A DNA stretch of 64,000 nucleotides from the NCBI GenBank assembly GCA_947627435.1, contig CANQWB010000002.1, positions 16,643-80,642 of the forward strand, written 5' to 3'. The position numbers and the translations under genes are program-made. The number at the start of each line of letters is the position of its first letter. Positions within the stretch are counted from its first letter, which is position 1. Positions 26,994-39,040 of this stretch are shown in pieces. Below the pieces are notes generated by a model. That model was given only the letters and a program-made list of their open reading frames with translations, did not search any database and was not told where the DNA came from. The DNA comes from an uncultured Bacilli bacterium (GTDB lineage: Bacteria; Bacillota_I; Bacilli_A; RF39; UBA660).

Positions 26994-28574
26994 ATGAAAA
27001 AGGTTATATGGATTATAATAAGTATTTTATTAATTGGTTTGATTGCTACCGGAATATTTTTTCTCTGGAAAAAATATACACATTTACAGGATATTCGTTC
27101 TCATTATGGAGAAATGGTAATGACAGACCATGCAGATATTTATTGTCTAAAGGAAAATAAATTTAAAAAATGCGGTTCTATCGCATCTCATGTAATCATT
27201 CCTTTAAAGCAACAAAAGGTCAAATCTCTTCAATCAGAATATTTTCAAATTCAGGATACAGAATATTATGTATTATATAAAGAAGTGGAACCTACCAAGG
27301 AAAAATTAGAATCTCTTCCTAATTATATCGTATTCAATCAAACTGTCCAGACAAAAGAAGTTACCAAATTGTATCAAAATAATGTAGTAGCAATTACGTT
27401 AAATCAAGATATGAATTTTGATATTCGTTACCAAGATAGTGAAAGTTATTATGTCGAATTTTTGAACCAAATTTTCGCAATTTCTAAAGAAGAACCAATA
27501 GAAGTATATGAAGAACAACATACGGAAGAAGCTACCGCTACACAAATTCCAGTATTATATTTTGATGATATTAACACATGGAAGGATACAGATAATTGGG
27601 CAGCTCAAAAACAAAAAATTGTGGAGTATGGTTATCATACAATTACTTTATCAGATTATGAAAAGTGGTTGAATAATTATATTCGAATCGCGGATCATGC
27701 TATTTTATTGTTATCCAACGAATCAGCGCAAATAGACGATTTTATAATTGAACCAAAAAGTGATACGATTACATGGATGGAAAATAATACAGTTTCTAAA
27801 CCAGAACAAGCAAATATATATCATATAAAAGCATCAACAACAAGTGAACAATTTGAAAAAATGCTCAAAGGGGAAAATGTAATTATATATGTTCCTTCTA
27901 ATCAAAAAGTAGCTGTTTTAAATTATCATTTTTTCTATGATCCAACGATAGGAGAATCTTGTAATGAAAATATTTGTTTACCAACACAAAAATTTGAAGA
28001 ACAATTACAATATCTAAAAAATAATGGATATTATACACTGACAATGCAAGAATTTAGAGATTGGATGTATGGAAATCGCGAAATACCAGAAAAAAGTGTT
28101 TTGCTTACAATAGATGATGGAGCCATGGGTACAGGTAAACATAATGGTAACAAATTGATTCCTTTGTTAGAAAAATACAATTTACATGCAACTTTATTTT
28201 TAATTACTGGTTGGTGGAATATTGAAAATTATCGTTCTCCTAATTTAGATATTGAATCACATACTTATGATATGCATACAGGAAATTTATGTAGTAATCA
28301 AGATAGAGGAGCACAATTATTATGTTCTACTAATGAGCAGGTGATTGAAGATTTGCAAAAATCAATTGCTATTACAAAAAGTACAAAAGCATTTTGTTTT
28401 CCATTTTATGCATATAATGATACAGCCATTCGCCAAGTACAAGAAGTAGGATTTGAATTAGCTTTTGTTGGTGGAAATTATAAAGCAAGTAGACAAAGCA
28501 ATAAATATACAATTCCAAGATACCCAATATATAAAACGATTACATTACAGCAATTCATTCAAATGATATCATAA
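26994..28574 (+). CDS. membrane-anchored polysaccharide deacetylase (NodB homology domain) protein
   Basis: N-terminal TM helix. The C-terminal part has LLTIDDGAMG, ..HATLFLITGW.. and ESHTYDMH, typical of the NodB/CE4 fold. Confidence 0.7.
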   Translation: MKKVIWIIISILLIGLIATGIFFLWKKYTHLQDIRSHYGEMVMTDHADIYCLKENKFKKCGSIASHVIIPLKQQKVKSLQSEYFQIQDTEYYVLYKEVEPTKEKLESLPNYIVFNQTVQTKEVTKLYQNNVVAITLNQDMNFDIRYQDSESYYVEFLNQIFAISKEEPIEVYEEQHTEEATATQIPVLYFDDINTWKDTDNWAAQKQKIVEYGYHTITLSDYEKWLNNYIRIADHAILLLSNESAQIDDFIIEPKSDTITWMENNTVSKPEQANIYHIKASTTSEQFEKMLKGENVIIYVPSNQKVAVLNYHFFYDPTIGESCNENICLPTQKFEEQLQYLKNNGYYTLTMQEFRDWMYGNREIPEKSVLLTIDDGAMGTGKHNGNKLIPLLEKYNLHATLFLITGWWNIENYRSPNLDIESHTYDMHTGNLCSNQDRGAQLLCSTNEQVIEDLQKSIAITKSTKAFCFPFYAYNDTAIRQVQEVGFELAFVGGNYKASRQSNKYTIPRYPIYKTITLQQFIQMIS

Positions 28575-28612
28575 TCATGAATTGAATTTAATATAAAAAT
28601 GCATAAAAAGAG

Positions 28613-28641
28613 TTGACACGCATACAATAAAATGGTATATT
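28613..28641 (+). promoter_or_regulatory. str-operon promoter
   Basis: TTGACA (28613-28618), 17-nt spacer, TATATT (28636-28641), with TGg giving an extended -10. Confidence 0.65.
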
Positions 28642-28657
28642 ATGAAAGGATTTAATC

Positions 28658-28679
28658 AAGATTTACTTCGGTAAATCTT
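28658..28679 (+). promoter_or_regulatory. stable hairpin in the rpsL 5' leader
   Basis: AAGATTTAC-TTCG-GTAAATCTT: a perfect 9-bp stem with a UUCG loop and no U-tract after it. Function unknown. Confidence 0.35.
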
Positions 28680-28734
28680 TCATTAAGTTAAAAAATGAAA
28701 CACCTGGAAGTGTGGAATGAAAGGAGGAAAAAAT

Positions 28735-29154
28735 ATGCCTACAATGCAACAATTAGTAAGAAAAGGTAGATCTGATAAGACAAGAAAAAGTAAATCACCA
28801 GTATTAGGTGTTGGATACAATAGTCGTGAAAGAAAGACTACTGTACAACATTCCCCACAAAAACGTGGAGTATGTACACGTGTAGGAACAATGACACCAA
28901 AGAAACCAAACTCAGCTTTACGTAAATATGCCCGTGTTCGTTTAAGTAATGGTATGGAAGTAACTGCTTATATCGGTGGTGAAGGACATAACTTACAAGA
29001 GCACAGCGTTGTTTTAATTCGTGGAGGACGTGTTAAGGATTTAATTGGTGTTCGTTATCATATTGTTCGTGGTACATTAGATACTGCTGGTATTGATAAA
29101 AGACGTCAAGGTCGTTCTAAATATGGTACAAAAAAACCAAAAGACAGTAAATAA
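28735..29154 (+). CDS. rpsL: 30S ribosomal protein S12
   Basis: [61 protein letters not shown] then ATG 28735. Confidence 0.95.
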   Translation: MPTMQQLVRKGRSDKTRKSKSPVLGVGYNSRERKTTVQHSPQKRGVCTRVGTMTPKKPNSALRKYARVRLSNGMEVTAYIGGEGHNLQEHSVVLIRGGRVKDLIGVRYHIVRGTLDTAGIDKRRQGRSKYGTKKPKDSK

Positions 29155-29173
29155 TTAAAAAAGGAGGTATACT

Positions 29174-29641
29174 ATGCGTAAAAGACGTGCAACTAAAAGA
29201 GATGTTTTAGCAGATCCAATATATAATTCAAAATTGGTTACAAAATTAATTAATCAAATCATGAATGATGGAAAAAAAGGAACTGCTCAAAAAATTTTAT
29301 ATGGTGCTTTTGATCTTGTCAAAGAAAAAACGGGAAAAGACCCAATGGAAGTATTTGCACAAGCAATGGAAAACATCAAACCTGCACTTGAAGTAAAATC
29401 TCGCCGTGTGGGTGGAGCAAACTATCAAGTACCAATTGAAGTAAGAGCAGACCGTAGTCAAGCACTTGCACTTCGTTGGTTAGTTAATTATGCTCGTTTA
29501 CGTGGAGGACATTCAATGTCTGAAAACTTAGCAAACGAAATTATTGATGCATCAGAAGGAACCGGTGCAGCTGTTAAAAAACGTGAAGATACACATAGAA
29601 TGGCAGAAGCAAACAAAGCCTTTGCACATTATCGTTGGTAA
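29174..29641 (+). CDS. rpsG: 30S ribosomal protein S7
   Basis: ..[41 protein letters not shown].. Canonical S7 sequence. Confidence 0.95.
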   Translation: MRKRRATKRDVLADPIYNSKLVTKLINQIMNDGKKGTAQKILYGAFDLVKEKTGKDPMEVFAQAMENIKPALEVKSRRVGGANYQVPIEVRADRSQALALRWLVNYARLRGGHSMSENLANEIIDASEGTGAAVKKREDTHRMAEANKAFAHYRW

Positions 29642-29661
29642 TTTAAGAAAGGAAATATTAT

Positions 29662-31740
29662 ATGGCTCGTGAATATAGTTTAGAAAATACACGTAACTTT
29701 GGAATCATGGCACATATCGATGCAGGTAAAACAACTTGTACCGAACGTATCTTATTCCATACACATAAAATTCACAAAATGGGTGAAACACATGATGGTG
29801 CTTCACAAATGGACTGGATGGAACAAGAACAAGAACGTGGAATTACAATCACTTCAGCCGCTACGACTGCTTTCTGGAAAGGTCATAGATTAAATATTAT
29901 TGATACTCCAGGACACGTAGATTTTACAGTAGAAGTTTCGAGATCACTTCGTGTACTCGATGGAGCAGTAGCACTCCTAGATACACAAGCTGGTGTAGAA
30001 CCACAAACAGAAACTGTATGGCGTCAAGCGGATGAATTTAAAGTACCACGTATGATTTTCTGTAACAAAATGGATAAAATGGGAGCAGATTTCGAATATT
30101 GTTTAAAAACAATTAAGGATCGTTTAGGTGTCAACTTTGCCCCAATCGAATGGCCAATTGGAGCAGAAAATGAATTTAAGACTATTATTGATTTAGTCAA
30201 TATGAAGGCTTATCAATATGATAGACAACCAGAAGAAAATGCAGAAGAAATCGCAATTCCAGCAGATTATCAAGCACTTGCTGAAGAAAAGCGTAATGCT
30301 CTTATTGAAGCCGTTGCTGAATTTGATGATGAATTGATGAATAAATATTTAGAGGGAGAAGAAATCCCAGTTGATTTACTCAAACGTGCAATTCGTAAAG
30401 GAACATTGGCAGTGGAATTCTTCCCAGTATTATGTGGAACTGCTTTAGGAAATACAGGAGTAAAATTATTGTTAGATGCAGTGGTAGATTATTTACCAGC
30501 TCCATCTGATATTCCATCTATTAAAGGAGTAGATCCTGATGGAAAAGAAATTGAAAGACATCCATCTGATTCACAACCTTTTAGTGCCTTAGCATTTAAA
30601 GTAATGACAGATCCATTCGTAGGACGTCTCACATTCTTCCGTGTTTATTCAGGACATATTACAGGTGGTTCTTATGTATTAAATGCAACAAAAGGAGAAA
30701 AAGAAAGATTAGGACGTATCTTGCTTATGCATGCAAATAATCGTACTGAAATCTCTGAGGTATATGCAGGAGATATCGCAGCTGCTGTTGGATTTAAAAA
30801 CACAACAACAGGAGATACATTATGCGATGAAAAACATCCATGTATTTTGGAATCTATGGAATTTCCAGAACCTGTAATTGAATTAACAGTAGAACCAAAA
30901 TCAAAAGCGGATCAAGACAAGATGGGAATTGCTTTACAAAAACTTGCCGAAGAAGATCCAACCTTCCGTGCAAGTACTAACCATGAAACAGGACAAACGA
31001 TTATCGCTGGTATGGGTGAACTTCACTTGGATATTATCGTTGACCGTATGAAAAGAGAATTTGGTGTCGAAGCAAATGTAGGGCAACCACAAGTTTCTTA
31101 TCGTGAAACCATTACGCAAGCAGCAGAATGTGAAGGAAAATATATTAAACAATCTGGTGGTCGTGGACAATATGGTCACGTATGGATTAAATTTGAACCA
31201 AATCCAGACAAAGGTTATGAATTTGTTGATGCTGTTGTTGGTGGTGTCGTTCCTCGTGAATACATTCCAGTAACAGATAAGGGACTTCAAGAAGCTATGA
31301 AAACAGGTGTTCTTGCAGGATTCCCAATGGTAGATGTAAAAGCAACATTATTTGATGGATCTTATCATGATGTCGATTCATCAGAAATGGCTTACAAAAT
31401 TGCAGCTTCTATGGCATTAAAAGAAGCAAAAAATAAATGTAAACCAATTTTACTAGAGCCAATCATGAAAGTACAAGTTGTTGTACCAGATGAATATCTA
31501 GGAAATGTAATGGGTGATATTACTTCTCGTCGTGGTCGTCCACTTGGGCAAGAATCAAGAGGAAATGCTTTAGCAATCGATGCAATGGTACCACTTTCTG
31601 AAATGTTTGGATATGTAACAAGTTTACGTTCTAATACACAAGGACGTGGAAATTATACAATGACATTTGACCATTACGAAGAAGTACCAAGAAATATTGC
31701 GGAAGAAGTCATTAAGAAAAATGGTGGAAACCAATCATAA
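29662..31740 (+). CDS. fusA: elongation factor G
   Basis: [23 protein letters not shown] and NKMDK GTPase motifs. Full-length EF-G at 692 aa. Confidence 0.95.
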   Translation: MAREYSLENTRNFGIMAHIDAGKTTCTERILFHTHKIHKMGETHDGASQMDWMEQEQERGITITSAATTAFWKGHRLNIIDTPGHVDFTVEVSRSLRVLDGAVALLDTQAGVEPQTETVWRQADEFKVPRMIFCNKMDKMGADFEYCLKTIKDRLGVNFAPIEWPIGAENEFKTIIDLVNMKAYQYDRQPEENAEEIAIPADYQALAEEKRNALIEAVAEFDDELMNKYLEGEEIPVDLLKRAIRKGTLAVEFFPVLCGTALGNTGVKLLLDAVVDYLPAPSDIPSIKGVDPDGKEIERHPSDSQPFSALAFKVMTDPFVGRLTFFRVYSGHITGGSYVLNATKGEKERLGRILLMHANNRTEISEVYAGDIAAAVGFKNTTTGDTLCDEKHPCILESMEFPEPVIELTVEPKSKADQDKMGIALQKLAEEDPTFRASTNHETGQTIIAGMGELHLDIIVDRMKREFGVEANVGQPQVSYRETITQAAECEGKYIKQSGGRGQYGHVWIKFEPNPDKGYEFVDAVVGGVVPREYIPVTDKGLQEAMKTGVLAGFPMVDVKATLFDGSYHDVDSSEMAYKIAASMALKEAKNKCKPILLEPIMKVQVVVPDEYLGNVMGDITSRRGRPLGQESRGNALAIDAMVPLSEMFGYVTSLRSNTQGRGNYTMTFDHYEEVPRNIAEEVIKKNGGNQS

Positions 31741-31883
31741 GTAGAAGGATAGAAATTCTATCCTTTCTCACACTTGTTTCAAAAATCATGTAAAATCATG
31801 GTTTTATGAAAAAAATTACTTGCTATTTTTTGGTAAGTAATATAAAATAGATTATGTAAGTAAATATAAGGAGGAAAATTTAT

Positions 31884-33068
31884 ATGGCAAAACAAAAATT
31901 TGATCGTTCAAAACCACATGTTAACATTGGTACAATTGGACACGTAGACCACGGTAAAACAACTTTAACTGCGGCTATTACAAATGTATTATCTAAAAAA
32001 GGATTCGCTGAATTCGTAGATTATGCAAATATTGATAAAGCACCAGAAGAAAGAGAACGTGGAATCACAATTAACACTTCTCACGTAGAATATCAAACTG
32101 ACAAAAGACACTATGCTCACGTAGACTGTCCAGGACATGCTGACTACGTAAAGAACATGATTACTGGTGCAGCACAAATGGATGGAGCAATCTTAGTTAT
32201 TGCTGCAACTGATGGACCTATGGCACAAACTCGTGAACATATCTTATTATCACGTCAAGTTGGTGTACCTCGTATGGTTGTATTCATGAACAAATGCGAC
32301 ATGGTTGATGATGAAGAATTATTAGACTTAGTTGAAATGGAAATTCGTGAATTATTAAATGAATATGGATTCGAAGGAGACGAAACTCCAATTATCCGTG
32401 GATCTGCATTAAAAGCTCTTGAAGGAGATCCTAAATATGAACAAGCAATCTTAGATTTAATGGATGCTGTTGATAACTGGATTCAAACTCCACCACGTGA
32501 TACTGATAAACCTTTCTTAATGCCAGTAGAAGATGTATTTACTATTACTGGACGTGGAACTGTTGTTACAGGACGTGTTGAAAGAGGACAACTCAAATTA
32601 AATGACGAAGTTGAAATCGTTGGATTAAAACCTACTAAGAAAACTGTTGTTACAGGAATTGAAATGTTCCGTAAACAATTAGACTATGCAGAATCAGGAG
32701 ACAATGCCGGAGTATTATTACGTGGTATTGCTCGTGAAGAAGTAGAACGTGGTCAAGTATTAGCAAAACCAGGTTCTGTTACTCCACATAAAAAATTCAA
32801 AGCACAAGTTTATGTATTAACCAAAGAAGAAGGTGGAAGACATACTCCATTCTTCAGTAATTATCGTCCACAATTCTATTTCAGAACTACAGACGTTACA
32901 GGTGTTATTGAATTACCTGCAGGTGTAGAAATGGTTATGCCTGGAGATAATGTAGAAATGACTGTTGAATTAATTGCTCCTATTGCTATCGAAAATGGAA
33001 CAAAATTCTCTATTCGTGAAGGTGGTAGAACAGTTGGTTCTGGAAACATTTCAGAAATTATCCAATAA
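31884..33068 (+). CDS. tuf: elongation factor Tu
   Basis: [18 protein letters not shown] and NKCD motifs; 394 aa. Confidence 0.95.
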   Translation: MAKQKFDRSKPHVNIGTIGHVDHGKTTLTAAITNVLSKKGFAEFVDYANIDKAPEERERGITINTSHVEYQTDKRHYAHVDCPGHADYVKNMITGAAQMDGAILVIAATDGPMAQTREHILLSRQVGVPRMVVFMNKCDMVDDEELLDLVEMEIRELLNEYGFEGDETPIIRGSALKALEGDPKYEQAILDLMDAVDNWIQTPPRDTDKPFLMPVEDVFTITGRGTVVTGRVERGQLKLNDEVEIVGLKPTKKTVVTGIEMFRKQLDYAESGDNAGVLLRGIAREEVERGQVLAKPGSVTPHKKFKAQVYVLTKEEGGRHTPFFSNYRPQFYFRTTDVTGVIELPAGVEMVMPGDNVEMTVELIAPIAIENGTKFSIREGGRTVGSGNISEIIQ

Positions 33069-33074
33069 AAAAAT

Positions 33075-33104
33075 AAGCAGAAATGTAAATTTCTGCTTTT
33101 TTTA
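33075..33104. terminator. bidirectional terminator between tuf and the convergent femAB-type gene
   Basis: AAGCAGAAAT-gtaa-ATTTCTGCTT stem flanked by A-runs and T-runs. Confidence 0.75.
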
Positions 33105-34352
33105 TTTCTTTAATATATTTCGAATACCAATACTATTACGATACATAAAGTAAAGTGTATTATTTGTGATGAGTTCCATATCACCCATATACTCATGGAC
33201 ATTGGCATGAAATCCAATTTTAAAATCATTTAATCCACGATATGGATTTTTAGGTAAATCTAAATCAGTAATCCCTCCTAAATTGAATGTTTGAAATCCT
33301 TCCTGTGCATAGTGTTCACACAATTTCCAAATCAACAAATGTTTTGCATTCAGCCTTTTATATTTGGTATCATACCCATCCATCAATAAATAGGCTTCAT
33401 TACGATTTTTTACAACCAAAGCTGAAGCAATGATCATTCCTTCTGGGTAATTTTTTAGTAAATTGGTAGCCAATATCAATTCTTTATGATATTGATTGAA
33501 AAGATTATCCGCTTCAATTTTTTGATTTAAAAATTTTTCATTATGTTGGGAATGTTGATTCACTAGTTTTTGACTGAGTATATTACATATTTCTTCTTGT
33601 TCACGATAACGGTTTGTCATTGTTTGTAAATAGATAGCAGTATCTAGTTTTATATAGTAAAAATCAATTTGCCCCGTTGCATGAAATGCTTGATAACAAT
33701 CTTTAAAATAAGCAAGATCTCTAGGATATTTTTTTTTGGTTTGAAGATAGAGATGATCTAATTCATTTTCCGTACCTAGATATAGTTGCATTCCTCTTTC
33801 TTCGGCACCTCTTATTTTTGTTCGAAACTCTTTTCGAATGTTTTTGAAAAGTAATTGTTTTGGTACATCCAATGTGATATAAGCTTCATATCGAGGTTTA
33901 AATGCTTCAAAAAAATAATTGTAGCCAGTATGATGATATCCTAATTTACCAAAGTTTTCAAATATAGTATCATATTGACTATCTTTTCTCGTTAAACGTT
34001 TTGCGGGGATATGTGTATATCTTAAGACATATGGATTTAATTTAATCGCAATAATATTTCTTTTTCCTAAATATTTTTTGATTTCTTTTGTAAATAGTTC
34101 AAATAATTCAAAGTTGGTATAATCTAACAAAAAACCACGTGGAGCATATGCGTATTTAAAATTATGAACTTTATCTATTAAAATGAGTGATGCTGCTAAG
34201 ATTTTTTCGTTTTGAGTAAGGCCTAAAAAAAGTATTTCGAACTTTTGCCTTTGCATAACAAAAGCATATTCTTTACTTTGATATAAAGATTTTGTTGGAA
34301 AAGTATCCGCAAATTGTTGAAATTCTAATTCCGTTAATTCTTTTAATAACAT
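33102..34352 (-). CDS. FemAB-family peptidoglycan interpeptide-bridge aminoacyltransferase (FemX/MurM-like)
   Basis: 416 aa. ..FQQFADTFPTKSLYQSKEYA..YAYAPRGFLLDY.. The two GNAT-like halves are split by a helical insertion, as in FemA/FemX. Confidence 0.75.
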   Translation of the reverse strand: MLLKELTELEFQQFADTFPTKSLYQSKEYAFVMQRQKFEILFLGLTQNEKILAASLILIDKVHNFKYAYAPRGFLLDYTNFELFELFTKEIKKYLGKRNIIAIKLNPYVLRYTHIPAKRLTRKDSQYDTIFENFGKLGYHHTGYNYFFEAFKPRYEAYITLDVPKQLLFKNIRKEFRTKIRGAEERGMQLYLGTENELDHLYLQTKKKYPRDLAYFKDCYQAFHATGQIDFYYIKLDTAIYLQTMTNRYREQEEICNILSQKLVNQHSQHNEKFLNQKIEADNLFNQYHKELILATNLLKNYPEGMIIASALVVKNRNEAYLLMDGYDTKYKRLNAKHLLIWKLCEHYAQEGFQTFNLGGITDLDLPKNPYRGLNDFKIGFHANVHEYMGDMELITNNTLYFMYRNSIGIRNILKK

Positions 34353-34520
34353 ATCATCACCTCATAGGACGTATTCTATTATAACATAAGAAATGAAAAA
34401 TGAATATAAAAACTTGTAAATACAAAGAAAATGTGTTATTATAAATGCTAATTAAATAAAGCGATATAGTTGGTATATAGTTATCATATGTTATGGATAA
34501 GTGGAGGAAAGTAGAAAGAT

Positions 34521-36668
34521 ATGGAACGAGATCAAAAAAATATTTATACTTATTATAAGGAATATCATCCTGATTTGGTTGAATGTGTATATAATGTAGC
34601 GACATCAAAGCAAGCAAGATCTATTTTTATAAAAAAATGGGGTCCTCATTTAAGTGGTTTAATCATATCCAATATGACGCAAGAAGATAACGATTTATTT
34701 TTAAAGTATGCTTCTATATTTGAAAAATATTTAAAATATTCACAAAAACTTCTAAACAAAGGATATTCACTTACTCAGATTAAAAATATTTTAATAGAAA
34801 AATTAGCTGTGCAAAAAGTATCTTCTAAAAACAAGAAAGTAGTGAAAATTTATAATAATGTAAATTCTATTTTAGAACAATATAATATTACAAAAGATGA
34901 AATGTTAGAGGTTTTGGATACTTTATCCAGTGAAAAAAGATGTTGCTTTATCTATTTATATGGAATCAATCGTCCACAAATGAAATTAGACAAAGTAGAA
35001 GAAGTGTTAAAAATCAGCCATGTACTTGCCCTTGCATATATTCAAGCGGTATACGATGCTTTAGAAAAATATCAAGTAACTCGTGATACCCAAAGTGCTT
35101 TACCACATATAGATCAAAAACAACCTAATTATGTGAAACGTAATTTAGGCACTAAAACAAGAAAACAAAGTATCTATGATTATTTTGAAGCAGAAGATAA
35201 AAATTATGTAATAGAAAAAATAGAATATTGGAAACAATATAATGAAAACAATTATAACTTAATTGTGAAATTATATGGATCAACTTATGATCACCTTGAT
35301 AAAGCAGTCAAATTGACAGATGAAGAATCAAAAATATGGAATAATATTTTAACACAAATAAAAAAATATGTGGTCAATCGAAAACAAGGTTTAATTTCAA
35401 GTAAAGGTAGATTAAAAAATCAAAGTATCTATGATTATTTTGAAGTGGAAGCAAAAATTTATGTAATAGAAAAAATAGAATACTGGAAACAACATAATGA
35501 AAAATATTATAATTTAATTGTGAAATTATATGGATCAACTTATGATCACCTTGATAAAGCAGTCAAATTGACAGAAGAAGAATCAAAAATATGGAGTATT
35601 ATTTTAACACAATTAAAAAAATATGTGGTCAATCGAAAACAAGGTTTAATTTCAAGTAAAGGTAGATTAAAAAATCAAAGTATCTATGATTATTTTGAAG
35701 TGGAAGCAAAAATTTATGTAATAGAAAAAATAGAATACTGGAAACAACATAATGAAAAATATTATAATTTAATTGTGAAATTATATGGATCAACTTATGA
35801 TCACCTTGATAAAGCAGTCAAATTGACAGATGAAGAATCTCAAACATGGCATAATCTTATATCACAAATAAAAAAATATATAGTCAATCGAAAACAAGGT
35901 TTAATTTCAAGTAAAGGTAGATTAAAAAACCAAAGTATCTATGATTATTTTGAAGCGGAAGCAAAAAATTATGTAATAGAAAAAATAGAATATTGGAAAC
36001 AACATAATGAAAAATATTATAATTTAATTGTGAAATTATATGGTCCAACCTATGATCACCTTGATAAAACAATCAAATTGACAGATGAAGAATCTCAAAT
36101 ATGGAATACTATTTTAACACAATTCAGAAAATATATAGTCAATCGAAAACACGGATTGTCAAGTAAAGGAAAAGCAAGAAACCAAAGCATTTATGATTAT
36201 TTTAAAATAGAAGAGAAAAATGATGTAATAGAAAGAATAGAATACTGGAGAAAACATAACGAAAACTATTATAATCTTATTGTAAAATTATATGGTCCAA
36301 CCTATGATCACCTTGATAAAGCAGTCAAATTGACAGATGAAGAATCCAAAATATGGAATAATATTTTAACACAATTAAAGAAATATATAGATAATCGAAA
36401 AAACCAATGCAACGAAATTATCACTCATCAAAATGACTCAATAAAGGCACTACAACTGAAGGATAGCATATATGATTATGTAAATGAAAAAAAAGTTCCT
36501 TATTTATTGGAACAAATAGAATACTGGAAGCAACATAATGAAAACTATTATAATCTTATTGTAAAATTATATGGTCCAACTTATGACCATTTAGATTCTA
36601 CATATGAAATGACAGAAGAGGAAAGCAAATTATGGAAAACGTTACAAGAAATTTACCTATTTATATAG
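34521..36668 (+). CDS. tandem-repeat protein built from sigma-70 region-4-like HTH modules (function unknown)
   Basis: 715 aa. The repeated unit is ..QSIYDYFE.E.K.YVIEKIEYWKQHNE.YYNLIVKLYG.TYDHLDKAVKLTDEESKIW..IL.Q.KKY..NRK... Degenerate copies occur at the N-terminus. Confidence 0.65.
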   Translation: MERDQKNIYTYYKEYHPDLVECVYNVATSKQARSIFIKKWGPHLSGLIISNMTQEDNDLFLKYASIFEKYLKYSQKLLNKGYSLTQIKNILIEKLAVQKVSSKNKKVVKIYNNVNSILEQYNITKDEMLEVLDTLSSEKRCCFIYLYGINRPQMKLDKVEEVLKISHVLALAYIQAVYDALEKYQVTRDTQSALPHIDQKQPNYVKRNLGTKTRKQSIYDYFEAEDKNYVIEKIEYWKQYNENNYNLIVKLYGSTYDHLDKAVKLTDEESKIWNNILTQIKKYVVNRKQGLISSKGRLKNQSIYDYFEVEAKIYVIEKIEYWKQHNEKYYNLIVKLYGSTYDHLDKAVKLTEEESKIWSIILTQLKKYVVNRKQGLISSKGRLKNQSIYDYFEVEAKIYVIEKIEYWKQHNEKYYNLIVKLYGSTYDHLDKAVKLTDEESQTWHNLISQIKKYIVNRKQGLISSKGRLKNQSIYDYFEAEAKNYVIEKIEYWKQHNEKYYNLIVKLYGPTYDHLDKTIKLTDEESQIWNTILTQFRKYIVNRKHGLSSKGKARNQSIYDYFKIEEKNDVIERIEYWRKHNENYYNLIVKLYGPTYDHLDKAVKLTDEESKIWNNILTQLKKYIDNRKNQCNEIITHQNDSIKALQLKDSIYDYVNEKKVPYLLEQIEYWKQHNENYYNLIVKLYGPTYDHLDSTYEMTEEESKLWKTLQEIYLFI
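35166..36437 (+). repeat. five tandem coding repeats of 255/252 bp (85/84 aa)
   Basis: Unit starts (CAAAGTATCTATGATTATTTT) are at 35166, 35421, 35676, 35931 and 36183. Units 2 and 3 are identical over about the first 160 bp. A sixth, degenerate unit begins near 36463. Confidence 0.85.
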
Positions 36669-37212
36669 CTAGGAGAAATGGGAAAAAGCAAAAATCGATA
36701 CTTTCCAATGTTGAAGATGGCATATTACCAAATGAACCAAATGATACAATATCTTTGGTAGATGCTACTTCTGTTCAAAACATACAAGAGAAGTTTAAAT
36801 TAGATTCAACCCCATTAGAATTGATTCTATTAAAATATTTTGAACAACATAATGAAGTAAATGAACAAAAGTTGTGTAAAGTACTTGGTATCACTATAGA
36901 AACCTTAGATGATTTTTATATCAAATATCTTCCAATTTTTAAAGATAAAATGCCTTATATAATAGAACGAATGATTACACGTGATTCTAATAATGTCGAC
37001 CGTATATTCACAAAATCTTATTTAAAAGATTATCTGTTATATTTAACCGAAAAAGAGAAAATGTATTGGTATCTGAAACTGAAAAGTTATGCAGACCCTA
37101 AGTTAACAGATGAAGAGATTTCTCAAATGGTAGGAATTACTTTACAAGATTTGGAATCCTATGAAATTATGACACCATATGATGTATTAAATCAATTCAA
37201 TCAATTTATAAA

Positions 37213-37219
<7 letters not shown>
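36632..37219 (+). CDS. frame-shifted continuation of the repeat protein, or a separate overlapping HTH-module protein
   Basis: Its N-terminus ENVTRNLPIYIARRNGKKQKS aligns with the repeat segment NILTQLKKYIDNRKN. Later segments (LELILLKYF.., EKEKMYWYLKLKSY..LTDEEISQMVGITLQDL) are also region-4-like. Confidence 0.5.
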
Positions 37220-38503
<1,284 letters not shown>

Positions 38504-38527
38504 AAGAAATTCTGAATAGAATTTCCT

Positions 38528-38938
38528 TTATTTTTTTACTTTAGTTTTTTCTTCTAAACATACTGGAATGGTACGATATTGTTGTGCCATTTTTTGATAA
38601 ATAATCCATGTTTGTGGATTCTCTGCTTGTACTAATTGTCTTTGCTTTTCCTCTGATAGTTCCAAATATAATTCATTATGTGAATTTATATGAATTTTCT
38701 GCTGTGATTTTAATGCGCGTATAGCTTCATCCAAATGGAAAGACGAGTCATTCTCGGTTTTAAATCTTTGAAGTAGGAAAGTATATTCTGGATTTTGTAG
38801 TAATACTTGCAATTTAGCATTGAATTCTTCTAACATAACACTATAAATTAATTCTTGTTTGGCAGCAATCAAAAATAATTGTAGTTCCTTGGTTGGGTAA
38901 ATTTTATTGTTTGCTTGATAATTAGAATTTGTTTTCAT
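38528..38938 (-). CDS. hypothetical protein
   Basis: 136-aa ORF with RBS (AAGGGAGG) upstream on the minus strand. I recognise no family. Confidence 0.5.
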   Translation of the reverse strand: MKTNSNYQANNKIYPTKELQLFLIAAKQELIYSVMLEEFNAKLQVLLQNPEYTFLLQRFKTENDSSFHLDEAIRALKSQQKIHINSHNELYLELSEEKQRQLVQAENPQTWIIYQKMAQQYRTIPVCLEEKTKVKK

Positions 38939-39040
38939 ACGGTAAAACCTCCCTTGCTTTAATTATAAGATGTTTGTCATATAAAGTCAATTATTACCTT
39001 TCATTTATGATATAATATAAATGAGAGTGTGGTGAAAGCT

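Noticed and set aside
34357-34617. Minus-strand 86-aa ORF in the femAB/repeat-protein intergenic region.
   Set aside because: It overlaps the start of the + strand repeat gene and its promoter region, and it has low-complexity composition and no RBS.
36634-36640. Programmed -1 ribosomal frameshifting at GGAAAAC joining the two repeat-protein ORFs.
   Set aside because: There is no X-XXY-YYZ slippery heptamer and no obvious downstream stimulatory hairpin. An indel or sequencing error in the A-run is more parsimonious; it is reported as a finding for verification.
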